A stretch of 64,000 nucleotides of DNA, taken from Macrostomum lignano (lineage: Eukaryota). Shown here piece after piece: positions 23,815-35,379 of this stretch (position 1 is its first letter; the number at the start of each line of letters is the position of its first letter). A program made the translations under genes and the position numbers. The notes beneath the pieces were generated by a model, which ran no database searches, was not told the DNA's origin, and saw only the letters and a program-made list of their open reading frames with translations. The stretch is taken from the NCBI GenBank assembly GCA_002269645.1, contig NIVC01001839.1, positions 259,462 through 323,461 on the forward strand. The letters run 5' to 3'.

Positions 23815-24625
23815 TAGAGTGAGTTGCAGAACCAAAGGAGAGAGTTGCAGAACCAAAGGATTGGAGAGAGTTGCAAGGCTGAAGGATTTGAGGGAGTTGC
23901 AGAACCAAAGGAGGGAGTTGCAGAACCAAAGGATTGGAGAGAGTTGCAAGGCTGAAGGATTTGAGGGAGTTGCAGAACCAAAGGATTGGAGAGAGTTGCA
24001 GAACCAAAGGATTGGAGAGAGTTGCAAGGCTGAAGGATTTGAGGGAGTTGCAGAACCAAAGGATTGGAGAGAGTTGCAAGGCTGAAGGATTTGAGGGAGT
24101 TGCAGAACCAAAGGATTGGAGAGAGTTGCAGAACCAAAGGATTGGAGAGAGTTGCAAGGCTGAAGGATTTGAGGGAGTTGCAGAACCAAAGGATTGGAGA
24201 GAGTTGCAAGGCTGAAGGATTTGAGGGAGTTGCAGAACAGAAGGATTGGAGGAAGTTGCAGGACTGAAGGATTTAACGGAGTTGCAGGTTCGAAGGATTG
24301 AGGGAGTTGCAGAACCAAAGGATTGGAGAGAGTTGCAAGGCTGAAGGATTTGAGGGAGTTGCAGAACAGAAGGATTGGAGAGAGTTGCAAGGCTGAAGGA
24401 TTTGAGGGAGTTGCAGAACAGAAGGATTGGAGGAAGTTGCAGGACTGAAGGATTTAACGGTGTTGCAGGTTCGAAGGATTGAGGGAGTTGCAGAACCGAT
24501 GGATTTAGGGAGGGAGTTGCAGAACCGATGGATTTAGGGAGGGAGTTGCAGAACCGTTGGATCGGAGGGAGTGGCAGAACCGACAGACTGGAGGGAGTTG
24601 CAAAATCGACGGATTGGTGGGAGTT
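23815..24625. repeat. Dimeric minisatellite (gagttgcagaaccaaaggattgga / gagttgcaaggctgaaggatttgagg)
   Basis: Alternating 24-26-bp subunits, decaying at the right end; lies in the lipase intron. Confidence 0.95.
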
Positions 24626-25830
24626 CTACCTCGTAAGTATGGGAAGAAATGAGAGGCGTATGTCAGTGGCATACTGTAGTTTGAAAATACGGTAGACCTA
24701 GTTTAGATTGAGAATGCTGTTTCTAAATTATTCATATATATAATCTACGTATCGTTAAAATACGTTTCACTTGCAACTAGCTGTTCCATCGCACGTCGAT
24801 GTCTCTCCGCAGGTCTTGGTAACTGATCTGGGTGGCTGATCTTCGACTTGACAGAAAGGTTTATTATATGTTTGCTCTTTCAAGCCTTGTGGCATATCGT
24901 ATCTATTGTTTTGAAATATACGAGCGACACACGTGGCGTCTACGTGAAAAATCAAATAAATATTTTTAAAAAATTCGTCGAGTTTCTTTCTTTTTAAACA
25001 GCGAGGCATCTACGCGGACTAAAAATGAGACATAGCTATAACAAAAAAACCTTGTAATTATTAACATTTTTTCTTTAGACGGGGAGTACTTCTCTCAAGT
25101 ACGAGCTACATGGGCATTCATGCATAAATGTGCATGTCTAATGAGACTACAATTAAGTCACATACGAATACGATTGATTTTACATAGCAATGAAAATCCA
25201 AAGCGTACTCAAAAAAAGGTTTTTTGTTTTTTACAGCGTGGAAGAAACCTTTTAATAAATTTTTGTAGGTTCTACTAACAAGTAGAATATTTTGATTGTT
25301 CAGAATAAAGAAGTCAAAGATAAGAAAGAACAAATAGTTGCAATAAAATCTTTTTTTCTGATTTTTGACGACGTCAAAATATTTCATCAGTTGACAGAAA
25401 TTTATTAAATGCTTTTTTTAAATAGCCTGACCTGCATTTATTGTTAATTATTTAAGTGCCTTTAGATGTTTTTCGATACATATCGGCTATGTGCAGGTAT
25501 AATTTTATTTGGATAACTGACTCGGAATGAGAATAACACAATTTAAAAAAACACCAAGTTGCTATGATTCGTTATCTAATAAGATGTCTTGTTTTTAATT
25601 TCACTAATTCCACATTCGATTGTTTAATCGAATTTAGGCTCAGTTCAAATGCTCAATGATAACAAAATCTAAGTCACTTTATTATTCTTGAAATTGTGGA
25701 AATAGTATTTTAGGGATCATTATGTTTAATCAGCAATAAGCAAAAGATACACTGCTTGTGAATAAATACGGCGAAGTGCGAAAACTGACATGATTGATAA
25801 AACGTTTTAGTTTAAATTACGCAAAAAATT

Positions 25831-25902
25831 CTCCCCGACCGGGAATCGAACCCGGGCCTTCCACGTGACAGGCGGAGATACTGACCACTATACTATCGAG
25901 GA
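25831..25902 (-). tRNA. trnD-GTC: tRNA-Asp (GTC)
   Basis: TCCTCGATAGTATAGTGGTCAGTATCTCCGCCTGTCACGTGGAAGGCCCGGGTTCGATTCCCGGTCGGGGAG. Acceptor, anticodon and T stems pair, anticodon GTC, G73 discriminator, and a T6 Pol III terminator at 25823-25828. Confidence 0.97.
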
Positions 25903-26207
25903 GTTATCAATTGGAGCGACATTTGGAAAATATAAACAGTTAACAATGAAGTGTTTTATTCCATGATCTTCGTCTGCTATATTTCGGCAATTCCTTCAGT
26001 TTGAATGGCCAATGGTGGGTAGGGCGAGCAGGCTTTGGCCTTAGCCCTTAGGGCGAATAATTGCGTATGAATTAAAATATAGACCATGACGCTATGACTA
26101 CCTACCGCTAGTATAGCGCTATGATTATTTTACGAAATTGTAACGAAGTTTTAACAACGGAGCAACGCCAACGGAGACGTTGTTATTAAACTACTAAATG
26201 GAGAGTT

Positions 26208-26530
26208 TCAGACGTCGTAGTAATGCGCCACCCAGAAAAGGATGTTGCCGAAGGTGTTGCGCGGGCCCGCGGGTGGCAACGGCGCCACAGGAACTCGTCC
26301 AGGTGGGTGTTGAACAGGGCCTTGGATGTGCCAATGTGCCATGCATGGCCCTAGCGTGTGGGGCAATGTGCCCTCTATTGTGTTAGTATGGACATCCGGG
26401 TTGTTAGGCCTGCACTCCAGTAGCTGAGGTCCACTATCTGCGTCAAGGGCAGATGACTGGCCTCAAAGAAGGAGCCCTTTCGGATTAGAGGCCTGTGTCC
26501 GGCATTATGGGCATGACCAGCAGCAGCAGT
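26208..26530 (-). pseudogene. Internally deleted Merlin (IS1016-like) transposase remnant
   Basis: Frameshifted minus-strand reading: WSCP*CRTQAS/IRKGSFFEASHLPLTQIVDLSYW joined to VHTNTIEG...GTSKALFNTHLDEFLWRR.../NTFGNILFWVAHYY*. Matches the Merlin N-terminal Zn-ribbon/SIRKGSFF and C-terminal HTNxIE/EFxWRR motifs. TIRs not found. Confidence 0.7.
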
Positions 26531-28458
26531 CTATGCATAGCTATATATACATGTACGTCAGTTCAAATCCAGTTTAAGAACATGTAAAATTGCCAGACAC
26601 TTCAACAATATCTACTTATGATTTAAGGAGATTATAAGCCCCATGATATTTACAAATAACGAGTAAGCTATCACTATCAGCCTTATATTCGTGCATGTTT
26701 ACCCGAAGCAAGTTTAGCTACAAACGTTTTCCCGTCAGCTGTTGGTAGGAATTTGACCCAGCTAGCTATATTGGCTGCAGTGTTGCTATTTTAGAAATTT
26801 CTCTTTTAAACTCCAAGAGACGTTTGCATTTTGACAGTTGTTGTTCCCTGCAAGAAGACCATCAAACACAGTTTAACACGCCTACAGTGTATAGCTATAC
26901 ATACACTCGGATGCCAGCATAGCTAGCTTCATTCCCGTGAGTGAAAGAAGCACATGATGGGTTTTTTGCAGAGCTACAAGATCTGTTCAGTTTACCTTTG
27001 CCAGTAAGTATACGTCAGTGTATTGAAATTGGTAATCATCAATTGGAATTATCACGGTTAGGTTAATGTAAACGAAACAAAACGATAGATAGCTACCGAC
27101 AGTAAGGTCCGCCTTGAGACCAAAATGAGACTAGGAGAATGACTATAATAGCTCGAAAGATATAATGCATTTAGAGGGCGGCGACTTCAAATGGCTACTG
27201 CGGCCATGCCTCTACAGGTGAACTGCCTGCTGTGAGTCTCCGGCCAGGGTCCGACATCGCTGGCCATCTCGAGCAGCACGTACCTTCTCGAACGGCTTTG
27301 GGGCACTTGACATGAGCGCAGATGCATGCCTCGTTGGTCCACTCCCCGCTGGGCGGGGCGTTTCCAGTCAGGACGTCTGTTTGTCACCTGGGGCCAATTC
27401 GGTGGCAACACGATGACTCCATTGGCACCAGATTCTCTTTCAAGGATGCTTAAATATCAATCCACGGCGCTCCACTCCACGAGTACCTCAGTGGCAGTTA
27501 TTGGGCAATGTCCTGTTAACAAAATGAGTTTTCGAAATGAGTGGGCTATATACTAAGTTACACATAAATTCGATGCTTAAAATTATGGAAAGACACCAAT
27601 AAAAATAATCTAATGAAAGCTTATGCATACGATATCAAAGATGGCTGTATAATTATTATATATTTGTTCACTGACCAGATAGCAAGAAGCTTTGAAGGGT
27701 GACTGCATTTCATGGTATTTTTATATCATGCGCATATACGTACCTTATGATATGCTTCAGTTAAATATTGCATTCTGAAAAGCAGTCTATTTATAAAAAA
27801 TCTCTCTGCCAAGTTAGTTTAGTTAGAAGATTTATTCTGCGAAAGATGACGAAGTTGGGCGCATATTTGTTCAACTGAAACTGTAGTTGCAGGGTGGGCG
27901 AAGTGCGCAGTGTATGGTCACTAAGATGAATTGAAATGAACATTCAATTCTAGTTAGCCCGATAGAGCGAAGGGTCATTGGAGCTATTGTCTTCACAATT
28001 TAGGAGGGTGCAGGAAAGGTGCGATATAATAATAGACATGTTAAGAAATGAACGGTTCAGTGTTCCCCCCAGCTCTGAGCATGGCGTCTTCGAGAAATGA
28101 GAAATTTGCTATACTTCATCAATTCATTACTGCTGAACCTAAATGGCAAAATAGGCATCACAGATAGTTTAAACTCTTTATGCAATCCGTTAAAAGTTAA
28201 CGCATTGTCAGTAGTCTCATTAGCAACATCCAATAGAAATCTTCGTCGATAATAAGATGAATGCATGCGAGTTTTGGCTGAAATGAAATTTAATTCAGCA
28301 TATGATGGAAAGACATTGAGTTACGCAATTTCTATGCATATCAAGGTAGATATGGGGGCGCAGGTAGTTTGTTGGGCTCTGTCGTTTTGGTTTTTGGAGG
28401 GGCGCAGTTTTTGTGGGAAGATGGGCAATTCGTTCGCCGCCGTGTCTAGCGAGATTAG

Positions 28459-29148
28459 CTACAGTCGATAGGCAAACACAGCCGCCTCGGAGTGCTCAGT
28501 ATCCTCCAGAGCCACAAACGGTTTCTCGCCGTCCAATTTGTCTGTGTAGTCGCGGAACTGAACCGAATAGATGCAATCGAAGCCAAGCGATCGATAAATC
28601 CGATGCGAATAGACATTGTGCGACGTGCCAATCACCAGCGGGATTCGGAGCACTTTAGCCAGACGAACGCTGCTCTCGACGAGTCGGCCGCCGATGCCGC
28701 GATTCGCGTGCGACTCTTTCACGGCTAGAAACCTACCGATCATAGCCCGGCTGACTCGGTACCTGGCCAGGCAATCTGCTTGAATGTCCAGGTGTTGCTC
28801 CAGTTGAACCAGTCGGCTATGCTTCGGGTAGCGAGCCGCCAGCTCCGCGCTGTCCAACAGCGGATCCGATGGCGAGCATCGCGACTCTCTATCCGACAGG
28901 ACAGACAGCCGGACGCCGACAATTTCTTTCGTGTCAGCGTCGAAGGCCAAAATCGACACCCGATGCGAGATGATAACGCTGAGCTGGGGGAAGACGGTCT
29001 CAACCTCGGCCGGAGCCAGCGGCCCACCCAGCGGCCAACTGAGAGGAGTGGCCGAATAGAAACTGTCGCACAGGAGGCGAGCAACCTGGCAATAGTCGTT
29101 GCCCGTCACCGTCTTGTAGACGATGCCGTCTTTCTTTTCGAAGAACAT
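28459..29148 (-). CDS. GNAT acetyltransferase, insect arylalkylamine N-acetyltransferase (iAANAT)-like, intronless
   Basis: ATG at 29148. FYSATPLS, EIVGVRLS, motif A LAVKESHANRGIGGRL, YSHRIYRSLGF, F.DY.D..G...F and C-terminal H..A.VF follow the iAANAT layout. Confidence 0.85.
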   Translation of the reverse strand: MFFEKKDGIVYKTVTGNDYCQVARLLCDSFYSATPLSWPLGGPLAPAEVETVFPQLSVIISHRVSILAFDADTKEIVGVRLSVLSDRESRCSPSDPLLDSAELAARYPKHSRLVQLEQHLDIQADCLARYRVSRAMIGRFLAVKESHANRGIGGRLVESSVRLAKVLRIPLVIGTSHNVYSHRIYRSLGFDCIYSVQFRDYTDKLDGEKPFVALEDTEHSEAAVFAYRL

Positions 29149-29919
29149 TTTCGGAGTCTGGTTAGAGAATTGCGATTGATTGTTAGTTTATAGTCGCGAC
29201 AATGGGTCGTTCCTTCTGATTCTACACCTTTGACTAAGTGGTAATAGAGCAATAGACGAAGGTATTATATAACTTCTTCTCTCCAGTCTCTGAAAGTATG
29301 TAAAGGTCGAATGACGGCTGCGTGTTTGGGGGCGGGCGGCATTTTCGGGGTCGGTGCTGCGCCCAACCCTCCGACCCGAGGCATCACTGGTGGCAGCCAA
29401 CCGCAGTGCCAATTTCTTATTGCAATAGGACTCGAGCAGTACTCGAATAATTTGAGAGTTGAGTACGTTATTTAATGCTTCGCTCCGTGTACAAAAGGGT
29501 TTAGTTGGAGTCTCAGAAGCATTATCAAAGAGAGCAGGACTGGGTCACGTGAGTCTGCGGGTTGCGGGGTTAGAAAGTACCGGTGGAAAGACAATTCGTC
29601 CATCCATCCAGTGCTTAACGTGCTGCACCGAAATTCAGAGTTTAACAGGCCGCCAGTCTTATCTTCATTTAATGCGATTAACTTTATTTGCACCCTAAGC
29701 ACTTGAAAAGTAAACATTGAATAATACCTTTCTTACAGGCTTTGCTGCACGTCTGCCTAAAACTGCGAGCCTGTAATACCGAATTGATTTAAAATTTAAT
29801 CGAGATTAGTTCTAGTTGACTTTCGATTTTCAAGGACCATTACATGGCGTACAACAGCGCCTGTACATGCCTGATGATTGGAAAGTCATGTGTGAGCGTG
29901 TGCATGCTCATGTTCAGGG

Positions 29920-30634
29920 CAAGGACTGCTCAAGTAGAAGGACAAGAAACTGTTTCTTAGAAAATGTTTATGAGGCTGGTTTTCTCTGAAAAATACACTA
30001 CGGAGATAGGAAGTTTTCATTTTTCAGCACAAAAATTGTTATTGCATTCGATAGGAGGCAGACCCAATGTTCATATTTTGATATGCTGTGTGTTTCTCAT
30101 TGCCTTTTTTATCCTCTACTGATATTCATTAAGCCTTTCGTTTAGAAAATTAGAATTCTATGTTAATTTTTTTATTCTACGTACATTTTCTGTGGCTTAA
30201 AATCATAAAAGTGCACATGGCACAGCTCGACTCTTTGGTTTTATGAATCTGTTTTATCAACTCTGTTACAAATATTGTTGCACAGCCAGCTAAAAATGAC
30301 AAATTAGATTAGTAAAACCCATGAGCCGTGCCTTGCCATTTTAAAGGTTTTTAGGCACAGAGTATGTTACAATAATTGTACGTAGAATAAAAAATTAACA
30401 AAGAATCCCAATTTTCTGAACGAAAAGCTTTATGAATATCAATAGAGCTATATAAAAGGCACAACATATTAAAAGATGAACACTGGGTCTGCTTCCTATC
30501 GAAAGTAATAACACTTTTTGTGCTGAAAAATGAAAATTTCCAATCTCCGTAGTGTATTTTTCTGCGAAAACCAGCCTCATAAACATTATCTAAGAAACGC
30601 TGTTTCCGTGCTTCTACTTCTTGAGCAGTCCTTG
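29920..30634. mobile_element. Foldback-type MITE with ~265-bp terminal inverted repeats and ~190-bp spacer
   Basis: Starts caaggactgctcaag and ends cttgagcagtccttg; 29920-30185 is the reverse complement of 30377-30634 (roughly 80-85% by eye). No TSD found. Second copy at 12600-13030. Confidence 0.85.
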
Positions 30635-31103
30635 GCTCAATGACCAGTGGAATGGGCAGGACTGCTTTGCATCCACTGGATAGCTTGCTTGCCATTCTCC
30701 AATTTTGTCACATTTAGTTGAAATCTGAAATCTACAGCCACAGTGACATTTAAACACACCCAGCAGTCTCCCTCCATCCTTCCTCTCTCACACCTCGCTG
30801 TTATAATCAGTAGTAATAGAAAATTACGTCCATACCCCATTTTTCAATTGCAAAACACGTAATAAGGTACCCGTCAGAAATTTTACAATAATATAAAAAA
30901 TCAAGTAGTAAGGTACTGAACCAAATGGTAGGGTATTCTACAGGAATTTCAACTACACTGCACGGTACCCACAAATAATTCAAAAGAAGAAAAGATCCCA
31001 AGTCCGATTAACCGACCAACTTGTCCAAAAACGCATTTTCAGTATATTTCTAAACGATGCGAATAAAAATAATTCCCCGACTCTTCGTCCACGCCCCCCC
31101 CCC

Positions 31104-31490
31104 TTAAATTTGAGGATCTCGGCGACGCACCCCCGGCGGAGCGCGCATGTATACCATCTTAAAACTATTCGCAGTCTCGTCCACCCGGAATCTGGCCACA
31201 CTCTCAATGGACACGGAGCCATCGGACTCCAAGTGACGGCAGTAGCCAGCACCGTCCAAAGAAGTGCAGCGGCGGTCGGATGGTAGTCTCCACGCCGTCG
31301 CTCGTACCCCCGTCCCGTGTCGTCCGAGTAGATTAATTCCCTCCGCCCGGCACACCGTCCTGATTTCATCAATCCGGGCGTTCGTCATCAGCCGCCGCGG
31401 CGTATAAGCAGTCGCCACGCACACGGCCCTGGCCACGGTGTCAAGCACCTGTGTCAGTGGAAGCCCGGCCTGCTGTCCTTCCAGGCGCAT
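31104..31490 (-). CDS. Hypothetical 128-aa protein inside the left TIR (outward-facing)
   Basis: Open GC-rich ORF with TATAAAAG on the same strand at ~31588-31595; near-identical copy in the right TIR. No family recognised. Confidence 0.35.
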   Translation of the reverse strand: MRLEGQQAGLPLTQVLDTVARAVCVATAYTPRRLMTNARIDEIRTVCRAEGINLLGRHGTGVRATAWRLPSDRRCTSLDGAGYCRHLESDGSVSIESVARFRVDETANSFKMVYMRAPPGVRRRDPQI

Positions 31491-32540
31491 GCGCTGGATC
31501 TGCGCGCGAAGTGTAGCAACCGAGGACGCTTGGGTTGCTTCCTGTTGTCCTTGGCTCGTTGGGATTTTGAGCGAATTTTTCTACTTTCTTTTATAGAGCA
31601 GGATTTGGTAGGGAGGGGCGCCATCTGGCTTTTTGTGCCACGTGGCAGTTTCGGGGTTGGGCTTGAATAACGAAGGAACAGCTGCCCCATGGACAAACCA
31701 TAGAATTCTAGATAACTAACTGGAAGAGAAGGCTCACTTTTTCGTGGGTCGAAAGCGGACACAACCGGGCCGAGTCATTTTAGCTTGTTTAAACGGCCTG
31801 CCTTTCCCTATCCAGGGAATACTCTACATAGAGTATGAGAGTATGTAGAGTATTCCCTGCCCTATCTCAGTCCCACTGACTAAGCGGGGTTTGAGGTGGG
31901 CAGGCTCTTCACAAGGCTTGGAAGTTTTTTTGTCCTAGACAGGAGAAAAACCCTTCGAAGGGGAAGGACACCTAACGGCCCGCCGCTAGCGGAGCCCATC
32001 CCACGCTAAAAATAGCCCGTTAACGGGACCCAGCCCATGGTGGGATGGGCTCCCTTAGCGGGGGCCAGCCCACGAGCGGAGAGGGAGAGGTGGGGTGGGT
32101 GTTGGGTGAGTGTGGAACGCCAGTGCGCACTAGCGTACTAGCACTGTACTAGCAATGAAGCTAGCTGAAAACACTGCACATCCGTGACTCATTTCTCGTA
32201 TATTAATGTATGCTGGATGAAGACGGCTCTTTGTCTTTCCCAACTCTCCCAAAATTAAAAAACTCCTAGAACGCATTTCGTTTTAAGCTGCAAGGAATTG
32301 TATTCTTTAAAGAAACGCGTTTCATTCAACGTATAGTTTCTACTTTTTAATACATATCATTTATCAAACTATTTGACTCAGTTGAATCTTTAAGATCTTG
32401 AGATTTATTCTTAATACGCTCGTAAGGCTTTCGTTATTTCTTTATTCCAAAGGTAAGCAAACGTTGGTTCTTAATTTGCATTGTACTCATTGTATTTTCT
32501 TTTATGTCTAGCTTATAATTGCAATATGCTAGGAATCTTA

Positions 32541-33718
32541 CGAGGGCTGCTTAATAAGTTCGCGGAAAAACATACTTATAGTTATCGCACAGTCGTGAAA
32601 TTTTACACACACTTAGCCCAACCTAATGGCACTTCTCAACATAGTCCCCAGCCAGATCAACGCATTTCTTCATCCGATGAAACCACGCCGCAAAGCAGTC
32701 CCTCAGTAGGCCGGATGCGGCAGCAGAGTCAGCTCAGTTGATGCCAAGAACTGCTGCGTGACACTGGCTCTGTGAGCGGGCGCGTTGTCGTGGTGCAGGA
32801 AAATGCCGCGATCTTTGGTCTTTGGCCGCTCTCGACGCAGGAATTCCAGCACCTGCGGCAGGCAGACACTGGAGTACCAGCTGCCAGTCACTGTGGCTCC
32901 CTCCTCGAGCAGAACGGGCGGCAGAATTCCGCACCGACGGAAAAACACCGCAGCCATCACTTTGCCGACGCTTCGCTCGCGACGAAATTTCAAGGGCGAA
33001 TCCTCCTCAAAGGCGACCCACTGCTTGCTCTGTACTTTTGTCTCGGGATCATAAAAGTACACCCACGTTTCATCACCTGTGAGGATGCCGTCCACCAAAT
33101 TTGAGGCGCCTGCGTCGAACTTGTCGAGCATGAAGTTCGCCAAATCCACGCGGGCCTGCATCTGAGCCGGCTTCAGTTGATGAGGGACCCAGCGAGCTGA
33201 CACCTTCCTCATGCCGAGGTGATCGTGCAAGATAGTAATGACGCTTGAATCCGAAATCCCGACATGTTTTTCGATTTCCCGAATCGTCACTCGGGCGGTC
33301 TGCATCGAGCAGCTTTCGGACACTGGCCACAGTTGTGTCCGAGATGGACGAATTTGGACGGCCTTCACGTTCATCATCGTCCAGCTCTAGACAGCCGATC
33401 GACCGAACCACTTGTACACCATCGTCTGGGATGGGGCTTCACTCTCAAGGGCTTTTTGAAGCGTCTGCAAGCATTCGGAGGCAGACAGGCCAAGCCGGAA
33501 TTGGACCAGAATTGCGACTCGCCTGTCGCGCTCAGTCAGGCGCAGCACTGGAGCGGGGGTTTCATCACTTCCTCGGCCACTGCGTCGCAACATTTTGGCC
33601 AAACTGGCTGAAAATTTGTGTGAAAGGTGCCAATATCTGAAGGAAAAAGTTCATAAAATTTCGTTTGATTCGCTTGAAGATAAGTTTGGTTTTCCGCGAA
33701 CTTATTAAGCAGCCCTCG
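32541..33718 (-). mobile_element. Mariner (DD34D-type) element, defective
   Basis: Perfect 29-bp TIRs cgagggctgcttaataagttcgcggaaaa; TA TSD at 32539-40 and 33719-20. Transposase with HTH, WVPHQL, TGDETW, HHDNAPAH and C-terminal KCVDLAGDYVEK; two frameshifts and deletion of the YSPDLAPSD motif after HPAY. Confidence 0.96.
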
Positions 33719-34595
33719 TATATTCTTCCAAAACCTTAAAGGTGGAAATATGGTCAAAGAAAAATAGTACAGGCGCAAGAAGTGAGGACGACTAGCCATC
33801 CATTTTCGTTTCAAACGAAAAAGATTTAAAAAAAACAAACTTAGCAAAGTAAGGTACTAAGCGAGATATTCTAAAATTGACAGACAGGCTAATTTCCTAA
33901 TTCGCAGAATCGCTGAGTCCCAGTTTTCTAATTTCTATAGATTGGACTTGTCCTTTAGCAGTTATCTTTATTTTCAGAATACTCGTATACTGCATCCGTT
34001 TGTAAATATTGTCAAAAAAGGCGGAAAAATAAATTTTGAATTTCCGCACAAAGTTAAAAAAATTAGGAATTTGAACAAAATTTAAATTCACGCGGATATT
34101 CAAAATCTCACGTTCGTTAAATTCTGGCAATCTGGCGCCTCCTTTGGCACTTCATTGGCCCTGAAATACTTGAACTGTAGTTGCTGTATGATCTTATTTC
34201 CTTTTCTAGTTTAGGAAGTCAAATAAAGAGTAAAGTAGTCAAATAAATGGATCTTATGCTGGAGTACAATGAGATACTGAATGTTAGCATTTTAAGCAAA
34301 GCGATAATATTGTTTGGAATTCTGTTTACACTAGAGCAAACTGATCTTTCGGACCCGCTCGTATTTAAGATAAAACTTTGAAAATAAAACAAAAATGGTA
34401 GAAAAGAAACAATTAAAAAGGGATAATAATTACCCAGTGTTGGGCACGATACTCAGAAAAAGTATCGGTTAAAAGCGATGCTCTGATACCCTTTCTGAAA
34501 AAATATCGACCTTCGATACATATCGGCTGTTTTGTGATTTTAATTTACAGTTGCTCAGGTTGCACTAAACGCAATCCGCCGCAATCAACCCGCAG

Positions 34596-34769
34596 GTGAC
34601 AGAATCCGCTGCCAGCAGACCTCATGGCTGGCTAGCCGTGGTTTGGCTACTCGGGACGCTGTTCACCTCCCCTGCTGAACGAGGCCATCGCTGATTTTGT
34701 CCGCTAAGATGGCGTTCCGCGACGATGGCCGGCCGGCGGCCACGTTCTGATGCTTGGCGGCGCCGCCTA
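34596..34769 (+). pseudogene. Decayed exon resembling the KDM3/JMJD1 pre-JmjC region
   Basis: Acceptor cgcag| and donor |gtgagt flank PLLNEAIADFVR*DGVPRRWPAGGHVLML, comparable by eye to KDM3 FLDHIIASVVE...HSWLCDGRLLCL; in-frame stops. Confidence 0.45.
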
Positions 34770-34888
34770 GTGAGTCATTGCATCCTACCACAACAGATAA
34801 GCACATTCCATCCATAATTGACTCGTCTAAAACAAATAGCCCCAGTCGGAATCCATAAATCCTTATCTGATTACAACTGTATCGTAAA

Positions 34889-34962
34889 TTCTGAATTGTA
34901 CTTCTGAATTGTACTTCTGAATTGTACTTCTGAATTGTACTTCTGAATTGTACTTCTGAATT
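34889..34962. repeat. 13-bp tandem repeat (ttctgaattgtac)n
   Basis: About 5.5 perfect units. Confidence 0.9.
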
Positions 34963-35379
34963 AACACCCCTCGTAAATTGAATTGCGAAGTATAAAAGTT
35001 CAGTAAAACAGAAATACTGAAGTATACTGAACTGACTAAAAATGACACTTTTAAAATATTTCGCAACAGCTGTAGCCAGGGGCGCGGATTTAGGGGTCTG
35101 GTGGGAGCGCCACTCCTCCCAGCGCTCCCTAGGAACTTTTATTACCTGGATACCTAGGTACTTCTTCCTAGGTACTAGAATTTACCTTGGCTAGTAATCG
35201 ACATACTGATTTACTTTGCTAAAATTCTACAGTTTTTGACGCAAGCAAGGCTGGGCCGTTAAATCATTGATGAAACAAGTTACAACCTTAGAAACTGTAA
35301 ATTAATATCACAAAACAGCCGACATGTATCGAAGCAACGAAACTAACCAGTCAAAAACACATTTTGCACTCTCATCCAG

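Noticed and set aside
27180-27540. GC-rich segment that looks exon-like, considered as the lipase 3' exon or part of the Merlin
   Set aside because: The frames I translated give only short ORFs with no recognisable motif.
33720-34560. Possible Polinton core-gene remnants in the AT-rich interior
   Set aside because: No pPolB, integrase, ATPase, protease or capsid motifs recognised by eye; an HMM search is needed to exclude highly decayed remnants.
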